The notes beneath the pieces are model-generated. The model worked only from the letters and a program-made list of their open reading frames with translations. It was not told where the DNA came from and made no database searches. A stretch of 63,424 nucleotides of DNA, the filler included, from Octopus bimaculoides (lineage: Eukaryota): NCBI RefSeq assembly GCF_001194135.2. It is 8 parts of 8 records of this genome, joined end to end, with 100 filler letters (N's around TTAATTAATTAA, not from the genome) between each part and the next. Parts side by side here need not be neighbours in the genome. Positions count along the whole stretch, not along the records: positions 31,240 to 41,914 come from NC_068984.1; positions 42,015 to 47,386 come from NC_069001.1; positions 47,487 to 55,124 come from NC_068999.1; 5 more parts are not named here. One strand, given 5' to 3'. Below are positions 35,974-50,391 of the stretch, one piece after another. How positions within the stretch are numbered: position 1 is the first letter of the stretch; each line of letters starts with the position of its first letter. The position numbers and the translations under genes were made by a program.

Positions 35974-37675
35974 ATAATTAATCATATATATATAATTAAT
36001 ATATATATATATATTTATATATACATGCATACATACATGCACACGCACACACACACACACACACACAATACTGTAGAGTTGGCATTATTCTCTTTTATAG
36101 AGTTTTCTGAGCATCGATGTTTTTCGTAACTAATTTCTAGAGTGCACAACCATATCTATAACAGATAAGAACGGATGATCTGTGAAACAAAAAAAATTAA
36201 GAATTAAGTATGTGTTTATGTGACTGTATGTATGTGTTTATGTATACATATACATGTATGTGTGCTTGTACATGTATGTGTGTGCTTATGTGTGTGTATA
36301 CACACACGCACATATATACATAAATAAACGTATATATATAGACATGAATGGTTTATACATGCGTATAACCCGTGTGCATGCGCATATGTAGTTGTTCGTG
36401 TATGTTTGTTTCTTTGCAATAGACTTACAGGTATGTCAGTATGGAAAATTCACTTAGCTCTCAGAAAGTGCCCAATTCGATCCCACGTGGCTGGATCAAT
36501 ATATTGTAATTTAGGGGCTAACGCATACCACCCATGCCGACTTATGTCCACTTCTTTTGCCGAAAAATTACATCAAATGCATGCGTTTCTGCGGAACATT
36601 CGGCCACTTTGCTCGCTAAACCAGTGAGTAGACTGTCTGACCAGTTGATGGAACAACTGTATTCTCATCCCTGAAACCGACGAAGATCCATTGATCAAAC
36701 AAAAGAAATAGTCTTCGTCGCAACTGACGGAGTATCAGTTCTTAAGCATTTACTAATGGCAGAATACACATGTGCATTCTGAATTAAAAATTCTTACGGC
36801 TTATCTTGAACCACCGTGAACCATTTCGCGTAGCCATAGGTTTGTGGGTGCGTATGGCTGACTAATTACAAACAGAAACACTCATACACACACACACACA
36901 CAAATATGTGTAAATATATGACATATATAGGTGTGTGTGTGTGTGTGTGTGTGTNNNNNNNNNNNNNNNNNNNNNNNNNNNNNNNNNNNNNNNNNNNNNN
37001 NNNNNNNNNNNNNNNNNNNNNNNNNNNNNNNNNNNNNNNNNNNNNNNNNNNNNNNNNNNNNNNNNNNNNNNNNNNNNNNNNNNNNNNNNNNNNNNNNNNN
37101 NNNNNNNNNNNNNNNNNNNNNNNNNNNNNNNNNNNNNNNNNNNNNNNNNNNNNNNNNNNNNNNNNNNNNNNNNNNNNNNNNNNNNNNNNNNNNNNNNNNN
37201 NNNNNNNNNNNNNNNNNNNNNNNNNNNNNNNNNNNNNNNNNNNNNNNNNNNNNNNNNNNNNNNNNNNNNNNNNNNNNNNNNNNNNNNNNNNNNNNNNNNN
37301 NNNNNNNNNNNNNNNNNNNNNNNNNNNNNNNNNNNNNNNNNNNNNNNNNNNNNNNNNNNNNNNNNNNNNNNNNNNNNNNNNNNNNNNNNNNNNNNNNNNN
37401 NNNNNNNNNNNNNNNNNNNNNNNNNNNNNNNNNNNNNNNNNNNNNNNNNNNNNNNNNNNNNNNNNNNNNNNNNNNNNNNNNNNNNNNNNNNNNNNNNNNN
37501 NNNNNNNNNNNNNNNNNNNNNNNNNNNNNNNNNNNNNNNNNNNNNNNNNNNNNNNNNNNNNNNNNNNNNNNNNNNNNNNNNNNNNNNNNNNNNNNNNNNN
37601 NNNNNNNNNNNNNNNNNNNNNNNNNNNNNNNNNNNNNNNNNNNNNNNNNNNNNNNNNNNNNNNNNNNNNNNNNNN

Positions 37676-37730
<55 letters not shown>

Positions 37731-38241
37731 CATACATACATATACATAACACACATGTGCACCAGAGTATGTACAGAGCATAGAAAAGAGGGGGAAAGTA
37801 CGACCGGTTAAGAGGAGCAGCATCACATTTATTCAAATAGATTGGTTGAGACGCTGTTCGCAGTTTCCTATTTCTCGTTCCCCCTATCGTCTTCGAAGTG
37901 TAGGTAACTAGGTCACTATTCTCAATTATTCCTACCCCCACTATATTCTCTACTAACTTCTAAATTCTCGTAGGTCCCACACTACATTGACTATTTTTCT
38001 AAATTCATTCTGCCAAAGATATTAATTGCAGGATCAATGTATTTGAGCCCCGTTCGTGACATGAATATGTCAAAGCAGTTGGTTTGTCCTTTGTGTGTGA
38101 AGTCTATGCTGTCATCTGAGGAAAATGGTTTCTTTGCAACGATCTAATGTTTTCATTAATCAACTAAAGGAGTTGCTTGAAACGGCCATACACCTTTGTT
38201 ACTCATATATAGTCACATTTAGTGGCAATTATAATTCTCCT

Positions 38242-38278
<37 letters not shown>

Positions 38279-38677
38279 NNNNNNNNNNNNNNNNNNNNNN
38301 NNNNNNNNNNNNNNNNNNNNNNNNNNNNNNNNNNNNNNNNNNNNNNNNNNNNNNNNNNNNNNNNNNNNNNNNNNNNNNNNNNNNNNNNNNNNNNNNNNNN
38401 NNNNNNNNNNNNNNNNNNNNNNNNNNNCATGATGTAGTTGCTCTCCCTCCCTCCCTCTCTCTCTCCCTCTCTCTCTCCCTCTCTCTCTCTCCCTCTCTCT
38501 CTCTCTCGCTCTCTCAACACACACACACGTGTATATCACATATCGGAGAAGCTCCTCGCTTGAGAGGGGAAAATGAATATATATTTAAAAATTCTAAAAA
38601 TATCCATACATATGTACACAGGCATACGTGCACATATACATGTACATATTTCGTATGTGTGTGTATGTTTACATGTA

Positions 38678-38708
<31 letters not shown>

Positions 38709-39039
38709 ATGTGTGCCTTGCTGTTGTGTTTCTTTAAATATGTGTTTGTGTATGTTTGGGTTTTGTGTGCATCCTTAAAGTATTTAACGAAAGACGCTAA
38801 TCTCGTTAATTTTGTAAATCGTAACCTGATACATTTAATATCTTTGTTTCTTTTTTAGATGTAATCACTCATATACATATTAGATCATCAAATAATTATA
38901 TAATAACAAATTTGTATGTGCGTGTCTGTGCGTTTGTGTGTGTGCATATGTGTGTTTGTGCGTGTGTGTTATTCTTTTAGCCACTCACTGTGTTAAGAAA
39001 ATGGCGAGCGAAAAGACGTGGGAGTTAAAAAATTCTCTT

Positions 39040-39295
39040 CAGTCGTGCTGTGGGCATGACGACCTCTGTAGTACTGGTGCCACAGAAACGTACACTATTA
39101 AAGTCTTTCGCTGCAGGAAGGTGCATCAGGCCATCGAAACCCAGTCAAAAGTGGAGCTCACGTGCTAGAGGCGATTTTCCAACATATCTAAACAAGCAGC
39201 GTCTACCAAGACGGGCTCACTCAAAGTATGGCCATCAGTCCAAGCCATGCCAAAATGGAAAGTGGACATAAAATGGCGATGACGAAGCAGCGATG
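39040..39295 (+). mobile_element. Highly diverged RTE 3' UTR copy
   Basis: aggaaggtgcatcaggccatcgaaac...tccaagccatgccaaaatggaaagtggacataaaatggcgatg. Confidence 0.55.
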
Positions 39296-39636
39296 CTATA
39301 TATATATATATATATAAATATATTATCCGTGTGTGTGTGTGTGTGTGTTCGCGCGCGCGCGCGTTATTCTGTTATACCGTTCCTAGTTTGAGCACAAGCA
39401 TACAAATGCTCTTGTATATACATGCGAAGTTCTATAACGTGGCCATACTGGAGCAAAGCCGATACATACCTTTATAATGTGTGTACGTGTGTGTTTGATT
39501 GTGTGTGTACTCACATACACCCATATATTCACGCACAAACACTTGTATGACTGTTGCTATTTTGACTACTTTAATGAGAGATGCAGCTTGCTATACATTC
39601 ACACACACAGGCACACAAGTACACACATACGCACAC

Positions 39637-39681
<45 letters not shown>

Positions 39682-39970
39682 TATGTGTGGTGTGCATATG
39701 CTTACACTATATAAACACTTACATACACACATATATAAACACTAACATACACATATCACTCTACGTATGTCTTCTATGTGTGTCTACGAGTGTTAAGTTA
39801 TTCTCAAACATATTCCGTTACTATGTTCGGCTATTGAAATTCCTCATTTTTACCTTGGCATTTCATTTTATCACTTTGAGAAGCTAATGTATATCATGTA
39901 TAGCAACCGTCTGTCTGTTAGTCTCTCCTATATCTCATTCCTTCACTCTATCTCCACAAACCATACATAC

Positions 39971-40010
<40 letters not shown>

Positions 40011-40012
40011 AT

Positions 40013-40064
<52 letters not shown>

Positions 40065-40079
40065 TGTACGTATGTATGT

Positions 40080-40345
40080 ATGGAGAAAGCAGGTTAAGGA
40101 AGGGGTCGACGTCTTTCAAAGAGCACGTATCCTGCATGAAGAATTTAAGCGTGCGCACTGTTAGCGTAGTGAATGGTGAAAGCTTGGTCTGCAATGTTTG
40201 CTGTCGTGTATAGTTGTCAAGAGCAGGGCTCTTTAGCCACCAACGGAGCCGCAAATGCAAGATGTAAGTTAGTCTTAGAGTGCACAATGTTCCTGAAGGT
40301 CAGCAATGGTCTTCCTCGATCACGAGTGGACGGCCATCATCATGT
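40080..40345 (+). mobile_element. RTE LINE 3' end with C-terminal zinc finger
   Basis: W..QVKEGVDVFQRAR... and LVCNVCCRV.LSRAGLFSHQRSRKC*; UTR ends gacggccatcatcat. Confidence 0.7.
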
Positions 40346-40392
40346 ATGTATGTATGTATGTAAGTATGTATGTATGTATGCATGTATGTGTG

Positions 40393-40466
<74 letters not shown>

Positions 40467-41408
40467 ACAAAAAGCGATGACAAAGGAATAAATGCTTATC
40501 GTATGAACATTGGCTTACAGTTATTTCCGCTATTAATACGGTGGACTAATAGTTGAGTGTCTGAGCAATACCTTGCAGCTTCATCAGAGCCTCAAATATG
40601 AATTGTACGTGCACGCGCACACACATACGCACACACAAACACACATCGAAGAATCACCGTAAATATAACTGAGGTTTGTTTTGTTTAATGCACACGTGTT
40701 TCAGAAAGCTGGCACCCGCTAATTACGTAAACCCGAAAGTTCTGTTACACAGCACTCGCTTTGACACACTTCTTCAGTATTATTGGTAAAAATATAACAC
40801 AATGAAAGTTACAGGCTTTTATATACACCAGTATGCTAAGAAGTGCAGTTATGTTCTAGGTTCTAGAATAGAAAAGCGAACAGCAAACCTTTTTGACTCT
40901 ATACATACATGGTTATATTTTCAATGTGGGCTTTCTGAGACGATAAAAGAATATTTGGCTATTATTTCTAGCAAGATAATCAACGACTGAGTTACTCGTG
41001 TATATGAGTGTGTATAATTGTGTGTGTGTGTACTATATTATGGTCGTTGGACGAACTTTGTTTAGGCGATGTGACAATGTTTGCTTTATTATATTTCTTG
41101 TGAGATGACACTCTGACATTTCAACTCGTGTCAATGAATCTTGTGTTGGTAGGTCGTTCTTTTTTCTTTCTTTCTTTTCTGACACTTTACTTTTTTACAT
41201 TAAATCTTTAAAGCATTATGTGAAGTGTCATTTCTTTCAACGTATTTATGCTAACATGCTCACATATACACCTACACACATGCACACATAGCTCCATACG
41301 TAAGAGTGTAAGGTGTGTATTAATATATGCATATATTTCTCTCTCCCGTACTGTGCGTGTGTCTGTGCATGTATGTATGTATGTATGTATGTATGTATGT
41401 ATGTATGC

Positions 41409-41465
<57 letters not shown>

Positions 41466-41628
41466 GCTAGCTAGCTAGCTAGCTACTGTAAGTTTAGAGG
41501 GAATACTTGATAAGTGTAAGCACCTGTATATGCCAGATAGTGGCAGAGGTGAAAGAATATATCAAACATAAATTAAAAACAGAACACAAAGGATTATTCC
41601 TTGTATTCTGCTTTTAAATTATGTTTGA

Positions 41629-41709
<81 letters not shown>

Positions 41710-42227
41710 GTCTGTCTATACCTCTTTGAGCATGATCCTATAAATCGAGAAAAAAAATAAAAAATAAAAAAAAAGAGAGAGAGAGAGAGCACTTCGCTCT
41801 CATGTGTCTATTCCCTACTGAGGTTACCATGGTCTTTTCCGTAGGCTTTTCTCTTCATGGATAAACCTAATGTTACCCCATTTTACACAAATGACATTTT
41901 CTGTGATATACGGTNNNNNNNNNNNNNNNNNNNNNNNNNNNNNNNNNNNNNNNNNNNNTTAATTAATTAANNNNNNNNNNNNNNNNNNNNNNNNNNNNNN
42001 NNNNNNNNNNNNNNTCCTTTATAATAGTTGATCTGCGATATCGCGGATTGCTAATCAGTCGAAGAATCATACTTTGTACCAGCAAAATCGCGCGCCCAGT
42101 CACAACCCACAATCATGAGTAGAGGAACGAAATTTGCATAAGGGGAGGAAACCCAGATCCAAAGATTTTTACATACAAAGTCGATTCTTTCAAACTTAAG
42201 ATCAAAGCAAACACATGTAGGATAATG

Positions 42228-42672
42228 ATTTCAAATTTTGACACAAGGCCAGCAATTTCAGGGAAGGGCGTAAGTCGATTACATCGACCCCAATGCTCAA
42301 CTGGTACTTATTTTATCGTCCCCGAAAGGATGAAAGGCAAAGTCGACCTCGGTGGAATTTGAACACAGAACGTAAGGATGGACGAAATGCCGCTAAGCAT
42401 TTTGCCCGGCGTGCTAACAATTCTGCCAGTTCGTTGCTTTAAGCACAGGTATAATAATCCTTTCTACGATAGGCACAAGGCATGAAGTTCGGGGTGAAAG
42501 GACTAGTCGATTATATCGACCCCGGTGTTTCACTGTTACTTAATTTATAGACCCCGAAAGGATGAAAAGCAAAGTCGACCTCGATGGAATTTGAACTCAG
42601 AACGTAGTGACGGGTGAAATACCGCTATGCATTTCGACCAACGTGCTAACGATTCTGCCTGCTCACCGCCTT
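42228..42672 (-). mobile_element. Two SINE family B copies (CpG-retaining)
   Basis: About 42228-42435 and 42455-42672, reverse complements of the family B consensus. Confidence 0.85.
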
Positions 42673-42698
42673 AAGTACAGATATAATAATAATAATAA

Positions 42699-43056
42699 TA
42701 ACAAGAGCACTCAGAGAGCGCAAACCCTCGCCAAGGCAACACCAACGTCCTTTCAACGATTAGCCGGAGATGATTTTTAAAATGAGAATATCTGAAATAG
42801 ACTCGATTGCTAAAAATGAACCCGACTGCTCTCAAAAGATTAAGTAAAAAAAACAGGAAAAATAATTCAGAATCCTTGTCCAGTACCGGATCGATCCCCA
42901 AATCTAATCAGTTCGTGCCAGCCACGAGGCCAAACATCCCTGAAAGTTTCATCCGGATCTATCCAGCGGTTCTCGAGATATCTTGTCCACGGACAAACAA
43001 ACAAACAAACGAACACGACTGAAAACAATACCCCCGCCTTAGCGAAGGCGGAGATA
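42699..43056 (+). mobile_element. Non-autonomous Helentron/DINE-1-like (HINE-like) element
   Basis: 5' aacaagagcactcagagagcgcaaaccctcgccaagg, internal (ACAA)n, 3' hairpin ccgcctt-agcg-aaggcgg (43034-43051), inserted into an AAT tract. Confidence 0.6.
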
Positions 43057-43607
43057 AAAATAATAATTATTGCAATTATATTCGTACATTAATCAAATCA
43101 GATAAATCCAATAAAAGTAATGTTTCAAATAAGTCCAAAAATGTTTCTACACTCGTTCGTTCTGGCGATGAAGTTTTTCTGGAAGATGTTCAAAACGTTT
43201 TCATTTCCTCAACAGAAATGTAGGGGATGCGCGTGTACCTCTCTGTACCCGTTCCCGAACCAATGCTCGCAATGCTCGGCTATCCAGAATGCACTGATTA
43301 TCGCTGCACCGTTCATTAGGATCAGGCGCTTTCGAATGGGGATGAACGATAGTTTCATTGGAACCAAAACCCACGGACTACGACAATGAAACTTCCACCG
43401 TCACGTATTTTCTTCATCATCCCCACCTTTTCCTGTAGAGAACACACTCGTCTGCGTCAAACGTTAGGATCAGGTTCCTTTGTATTTTTTCCGTTCGTTG
43501 GTCCCAGGGCCAGATTAAGACCCATAAAAGCCCTAAACACTTTTGGTGCGTCCGTATATATAATTCAAAATATAAACAATAACAAACCATAAAATAGGAT
43601 TTAAATG

Positions 43608-43731
43608 GTTCCGGGTTCATTCCCACTGCGTGGCACCTCGGGCAAGTGTCTTCTACTATAGCCTCGGGCCGACCAAAGCCTTGTGAGTGAATTTGGTAGA
43701 CGGAAGCTGAAAGAAGCCCGTCATATATATG

Positions 43732-43768
<37 letters not shown>

Positions 43769-43978
43769 TTGTGTGTCTGTGTTTGTCGCCCCAGCATTGC
43801 TTGACAACCGATGCTGGTGTGTTTACCTCCCCGTCACTTAGCGGTTCGGCAAAAGAGACCGATAGAATAAGTACTAGGCTTACAAAGAATAAGTCCCGGG
43901 GTCGATATGCTCGACTAAAGGCGGTGCTCCAGCATGGCCGCAGTCAAATGACTGAAACAAATAAAGGAATAAAAGAGT
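43608..43978 (+). mobile_element. SINE family A, young 5'-truncated copy
   Basis: Close to the apparent consensus; CpGs intact. Confidence 0.9.
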
Positions 43979-45019
43979 AAAATGAAACAAAACTATCAGC
44001 AAGATGGAAAATAATGTTTATTTTTTGTAGGTTTCCACTTTATATTCGAAAAGTGTTTTTTTTTTTTTCTTTTAATTGCAAAGTCTTTGATCAGATCCTC
44101 AGAATTAATCTTACGTAACACATCTGTTTCTATGCTTAGCAGAGATAAGACACCCTGAATATTATTTTAGCAAGTTTAAAGTGCTTTCTATTGTACCGAA
44201 AAACCATTTACCATTTCTGTACTGCCCCCACTCCCTTGATACCCTAAGCGCGTGCTTATTTTGCTTAATGGTTAATCTAGCGCAGACTGATCCCATGTTG
44301 ATAGGTACGTGTATGTAAATCCATATAAAAAAATTCGCAGCCTCGCAATACGGTCACGTGAACACAAGCGACGATCAGTACATTCTGGGAAGCTAAGCAT
44401 TGCGAGTGGTGGGTGGGACGCATTGTTAGGGTATAGGCAAAATCTTCGGTTGACTGCCGACCCTCAAAATTGCTGGCCTTAGATCAAAATTTGAAACAAT
44501 TGTTAGTGTTACTTTAACGTGCGGTCAACCGCAGTATCCTGTCTGCGCTGTGAAATTACTTTTAGCGGTCTACCTTTTCTTACCCTCTTAACCTGAGTTA
44601 ATTTTAACCATGATACGGACATCAACAACATGTTGCACTGCAATTTGAGTTTGTGCGAGGTTTTAGAGCTGGTGTTCGTTTTCGTAATGATTTTGGGCTC
44701 GATTTCTTTATTACCTATGAAAGGCTAAATAGAAATCGAGACAAAACAGACAAAACAAATACAAACCCGGGGAACTAAAAATTACAAAAAGGAGATAGAA
44801 TCAGCAGAAAAAATAAAATAAACGAATGATAATATGAAAAAATGAGAATGAGGCGCAATGGCCATTCGACCCCCGAAGTCGAGTGGTTACATTTAATCAG
44901 TTTTTCTCTTTAACATAAAAGTCTATGTATATACATTTTTCCTTTTTCTTTTTTTCCAATTTTTTCTCTCACAAAATTTACATTAGATTTTTCCAGATTT
45001 TTTCTTAAAATTAAATGTC

Positions 45020-45316
45020 CTATGTTATTTCTATTCTTTTCAACTCGTCATATTCGATTACAGGAGAGGGAATCTCACGCAGCCGACATACTCGTCTCCT
45101 TGCTTCTACATTAATTTTATCTACGAATCTCTCATGCTCTTCTTCAGATATTAAAATACATCCTTCATTTGCTCCAAACTCTCTTCCAGTCATCTTCACT
45201 CTTATCTGTCCCTTCCATTCCGCGATTTCTCTTTCCGCATCCTCACTCTTCTCATATCTTATCAGGACCCCTTTGTATTTACATAGTTCTTCCACTATGA
45301 GCAACAACAGCAGCAC
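45020..45316 (-). other. Unassigned 98-codon open frame with an RRM-like segment, possibly a LINE ORF1 fragment
   Basis: GVLIRYEKSEDAEREIAEWKGQ resembles the RNP1/helix-2 pattern. Non-repetitive and stop-free; no splice sites or family confirmed. Confidence 0.3.
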
Positions 45317-45361
45317 GCGCGAAACGCTTCAACAATAATATTTACCTTCTTCACGAACACA

Positions 45362-45607
45362 CAAACTGTGACTCGCACTGATTAGGTTTTGGGATCGATG
45401 CGGTACCGGACAAGGATTTTGGATTATTTTTACTGTCTTTTTACTTAATTTTTTGAGAGTGGTCAGGTTCATTTTTAGGATTCTCGTTTGTGAGGGCAGT
45501 TGAGTTTATTTCAGATATTCTCATTTTAAAAATCACCTCTGGTTAATCGTTGAAAGGACGTTGATGTTGCCTTGGTGGAGGTTTGCGCTCTCTGAGTGCT
45601 CTTGTTA
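45362..45607 (-). mobile_element. Second HINE-like copy, 5' portion
   Basis: Reverse complement of about 42699-42930. Confidence 0.7.
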
Positions 45608-46356
45608 TTATTATTATTATTATTATTATCATAATTCTGATTATTATTTGCAGACATCTAAGACTATATTAACCAACGTATCCTTTCCTTCTTTTTTTTA
45701 AGTGGTAGAATACAACTTGATGAATATTGTAGATGCTAATTCTACCAGATCGAGCGGCTTACATAGAAGCTCGCTGTCTTACCCACAGATGTTGATAAGA
45801 AGGCTGTCTTGGAGACAGTGGAACTAATCATCCATTGATAAATAGATCTGATTACGAAAAATCAATCTAGTTGTCTACCTGTCTGTCTATTTGCCGATTT
45901 ACCTATCGCTGTTACATCTGTCTCTCTGCATATCTACTTATCTGTGTATTTATCTAGTGAAGGAGATAAATAAATAAATATTGATTGATTGACTGACTGA
46001 GTTCAATGAGCTGAATATGAAAACAAAACAAGAAGTCAAAAATAAAACAAGAAAACAGATCGATATAATCGAATGTCATGCAATTCGCGTGCAATAGCTG
46101 ACTGTACTTACATATAACAATTTCAGCCGGGTTCTGTGGGTGGTAGTCTTTTTCCTCGTCTGCAAGAACACAAACAGAATTCTAGGAATTAAACAATGAA
46201 ATGGTAAGCGGAATAAGATACAGTTTTCAAGAATGCAATCATCTACCAATAATCAACGCTGAATTATCGATCTCTAACATAGGCGCGCGGCTACGAAAGT
46301 CTGCAGGTGTTGTGTGGACGAAAGAGTAACAGTCAATACAAGTGTTAATCACAGTA

Positions 46357-46470
46357 CAGTAAACCTCCTCTTATCCAGTACTCAAATATCCGGAACTCTC
46401 AAATAACCGGTACCCAGAAGAACTCTCAAATAATCGGCACCCAGAACTCTCAAATAACCGGTACCCAGAA
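46357..46470 (+). mobile_element. pogo/Tigger-like MITE end with three 24-28-bp repeats
   Basis: TA followed by cagtaaacctcctcttatcc; gaactctcaaataaccggtacccagaa repeated three times. Confidence 0.5.
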
Positions 46471-46499
46471 GAAGAAAAAATTCAAAGAAAATGTAAGTC

Positions 46500-46705
46500 A
46501 AGAGAATTTGTGCTAATTTCATCATCATCACCAACACAAACAAGGTTAGCTTTCCATTCTGGTTTGGGTTGGACTGTTTGACAGGATCCGGCTAGCTACA
46601 GGGCCGCGTCGGGTTTTATTTGTCAGCTTTGGCATTGCTTCTATGGCTAGATGCCCGTCCTAACACCAACCACTTTTACAGTGTGTACTGGGTGCTTTTT
46701 TTCCC
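46500..46705 (-). mobile_element. Diverged RTE 3' UTR copy
   Basis: gggttggactgtttgacagg...ctagatgcccgtcctaacaccaaccac...actgggtgcttt. Confidence 0.65.
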
Positions 46706-47061
46706 TCCCGTTCCACCCGCACAACAACAAAGGAAAAGAGAATTAACCACGACCAAGCAGTGATGTGATAGTATTGGGGGAGTGGGGTTACGCCAGATAT
46801 TGAGGAGGCTAAAGTACAAGCGTCTTGCAACAGAGGAGTTAGATAACTACCCCTCCCAATTATATAAGAGTAGGAGGGAGTAGCTGGAAAGAAGGTAAAG
46901 ACTGTGTAAATTAATTAGTATTAATTAATTAATTGTCATTAAAACAAAGCTTCTACTGTATCAAAAATGGTTTCTTGCTTCCCAAAGTACAGTATTTTAT
47001 TTAATTTTACTGCATTTGCAGGACCTGTGTTTTATTGAGTTAATAAAGCTTGTAATGAAAG

Positions 47062-47386
47062 CGGCGGGCTGGCAGAATCGTTAGCACGCCGGGCGAAATG
47101 CTTACTGGTATTTCGTCTACCGCTACGTTCTGAGTTCAAATTCCGCCGAGATCGACTTTGCCTTTCATCCTTTCGGAGTCGATAAATTAAGTACCAGTTA
47201 CGCAGTGGGGCCGATGTAATCGACTTAGTCCCTTTGTCTGTCCTTGTTCGTCCCCTCTATGTTTAGCCCCTTGTGGGCAATAAAGGAATAAGAAACGTTA
47301 GCACGCAGGACGAAATGCTTAGCGGTATTTCGTCTGCCGCTACGTGCTGAGTTCAAATTCCGCCGAGGTCGACTTTGCCTTTCATC
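47062..47386 (+). mobile_element. SINE family B, tandem pair
   Basis: gcggcgggctggcagaatcgttagcacgccgggcgaaatgc head; a second copy starts at about 47293 and runs into the gap. Confidence 0.9.
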
Positions 47387-48904
47387 NNNNNNNNNNNNNN
47401 NNNNNNNNNNNNNNNNNNNNNNNNNNNNNNTTAATTAATTAANNNNNNNNNNNNNNNNNNNNNNNNNNNNNNNNNNNNNNNNNNNNTATAAATACATATA
47501 CATTCAATATATGTATTTATATATGTATATACATATATGTCCTTATATACGCGTATGTATACCAAATATCCGTCTGTGCCTATGTGTATGTGTGTATGTA
47601 TGTTCGTGATTAAAAAACTTTACGTAAACAAACGATTGTACTTAAGGTATTATTTTTAGTCCTTCTCTCAATTTCTGACAAAATAAAAGGATCTTTTAAA
47701 AACAGTCCGCGTTCACGTCAATGAAATCAGTAATGCAGTCCATACACCAAACGACCATCATCTCCAGAGCTGCCAGAAATATACATTCATCATTACCGTC
47801 AACATCATCATCATCATCATCATCAGCAGCATAGTCATCATTAACTTAAATATCATCATCGTCATCGTCGTCGTCATCATCATCATCACCGTCGTAGTTG
47901 CCGTGATGATGATGACGGTGATGATGATGTAGAAGCCGCTGCAACTGCACCATTTTGAACATCATCTTCAGCATCACCAACTTTTGGATGATAATCAACA
48001 TCTCCAACCTACCACTCTTTTTACTCCACTTCATTATCATAATCATAATCACTATCTCCATCAGCAGATGCAGTAGAAATCCCGACAATATCATAAATCG
48101 ACGTGGTCGATTCGATGATAATCTGTTTCGTCTTCGCTATGTTAATCATCACACCAGCACGAATAACACCATCATCTCATTCATCATCATCATCATCGTC
48201 ATCATCAACATCACCATCATCATCATCATCATCTTCTCCATCTTGAATTATTAGCCCATCCGTCTTTATCGACGAAGATCAAGGATATCACAACGTCATT
48301 AGCAAGCTACGTCCACCACCACTTGTAACAACATGGTTAATAAATGTAACATACTCACCACAACCACCACCATCACCACCACTGCCACTACCATGATTGT
48401 TCCCGTCATCATCAGGAACAGCAGCATCACATCACCAACAATTTTATCTTCGTTCAAGATTATCTTTGTCATGTTTTCCATTGTCATTTTTATCATAATC
48501 AAACTAGTCCCTACCTATATAACGCTGATCTTCAGCACATAATTTATGTACCTCATGGGAATTGTTACCAACAGGGTTATGAGCATGTTTTCCGACACTA
48601 AGTCATCTTTTCACTCATTTATTTATGTCCAGTATTGTAAATATAATATGAAAAATGCTGTCGAAATATATAATGTTTTCTGTCTTCTAACTTATGCATG
48701 TATCATTTATGTTTAGGAATTATTTGAAGCTTTATGCTGAAACATATCTCATAAATTACTGCATTGATTCGTGCTTGCCAATTCGCACCTTCCTGCCATC
48801 AGTGAACCAGAGAACACAGTATAGAAGATATGATGTGGAATATAATGATAATGCTTGAGGAATATATAGGAAATGCATTGCAATTTGCATTTATATAAAT
48901 TTCC

Positions 48905-49002
48905 AATTTGCATTAAAATGCACTGGAATTTTAGTAAATATGTCATAATTTGCATTAAAATGCACTTGAAATTTTAATAAATATGTCACAATTTGCATTA
49001 AA
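48905..49002 (+). repeat. 42-43-bp tandem repeat, about 2.3 copies
   Basis: aatttgcattaaaatgcactggaattttagtaaatatgtcat unit starts at 48905, 48947 and 48990. Confidence 0.85.
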
Positions 49003-50355
49003 CTACTTTGAACGTGCATTGGATTTTTCTCTGCTTACACATTACATGACATTGAAATAAGTATAAATATTTTATTGAAAAAGGCATTAAAATGTATAAA
49101 TATCTACATAACAACTTCATACATTTACTTTGATGTATACATAAAATATATTGAAATAAACAGAAATAACATAAACGAAGACATACATACAAGCATTAAA
49201 ATTGCAGCGAAATATTCGTTAAAAATGCATTTATACGTACTCAGTAAAATATTGAAATATGTTTATAAGATCATTGATATATTTGTAAAATGCATTTATA
49301 GAACGCATATACTATACCAAACTGAATCGATAGGATATACGATGTAAATAAATTCATATCTAAACAAGTTCACAATAATCTGTATTATATATATCCTCTT
49401 GTTTATCCTTCTCCCGATCTTCATCATCAGAATTATCGTCATTTTCATTGTTATCTTGATCAGGAAAGCAGTAGCATTGCTATTGTCGTCGACAACATCG
49501 CTATCCACAAATACATACATGTATCCTATGTTTGCCCATGTTGCCATTGATTTCAAAATATATTCAATACTAACGTTTCATTCTTTATGAAAGTATTGTT
49601 GGATTTCAATGTCACATGTTCTCGTTATTATAACATCACGATAGTTCCGATATTATTTTAAAATCATTATTGTGAACAATATTGCTGCCATTCACAGGTC
49701 TCTGAAATTTTATCTGTGATGCTGAAAATATCACACATCACATGGAATCTATTAACTAGATATTCAGTGGGTATATCCTTCACTAACACTAGTTGAAGAA
49801 AAAATTAAACGTATAAACATTAAATAGGTTTTCCATGTAGTTATTCAGCCTAGCTACAAAATTCCATTCAGATGTTATTCGTAATTTCAAGGCAGAAACT
49901 GATAAATGCCTGAATGTAGGTAAATAATCCTTCGAACAGACAATCAGCAGCGACACCTGCTGCGTTCGGCTGCTCTATATTGATAAGGCAAATACCCGGG
50001 AACTAGTCTGTAGATACCAGACCAGCAAGGGGAAGCATCTGACGTCCCCTGTTGGAAGGTTATAATGGACACAGATTAATGTATAACATAGCTAGCTAGA
50101 GGGGATGATATCTTGGAGCTAATCAACGGCACTGAACCTCCATATTAGCTTGGCGATAACTCTTAATATCCAGTACCGCTGCCGTAGGTTCTTTTAGAAA
50201 GACTTACACACGCACACACACACACACGCACACACACACANNNNNNNNNNNNNNNNNNNNNNNNNNNNNNNNNNNNNNNNNNNNNNNNNNNNNNNNNNNN
50301 NNNNNNNNNNNNNNNNNNNNNNNNNNNNNNNNNNNNNNNNNNNNNNNNNNNNNNN

Positions 50356-50391
<36 letters not shown>

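Noticed and set aside
35780-36066. Mirror arrangement of TG/TATG/TA tracts around a 10-N gap
   Set aside because: Low complexity and centred on a gap; most likely an assembly artefact.
43150-43500. Weak Tc1-like peptide traces and a CUGUUGA...GAAA stretch on the minus strand
   Set aside because: Motifs are too fragmentary, with no workable stem I or II.
1658-47386. tRNA-like heads with A and B boxes
   Set aside because: They are SINE 5' ends without acceptor stems or complete cloverleaves; no true tRNA, rRNA or CRISPR array was seen.
47750-48520. Asp/His/Ile-rich frames in a long CAT-rich region
   Set aside because: Frames are interrupted by stops and lack splice signals; decayed (CAT)n simple sequence.
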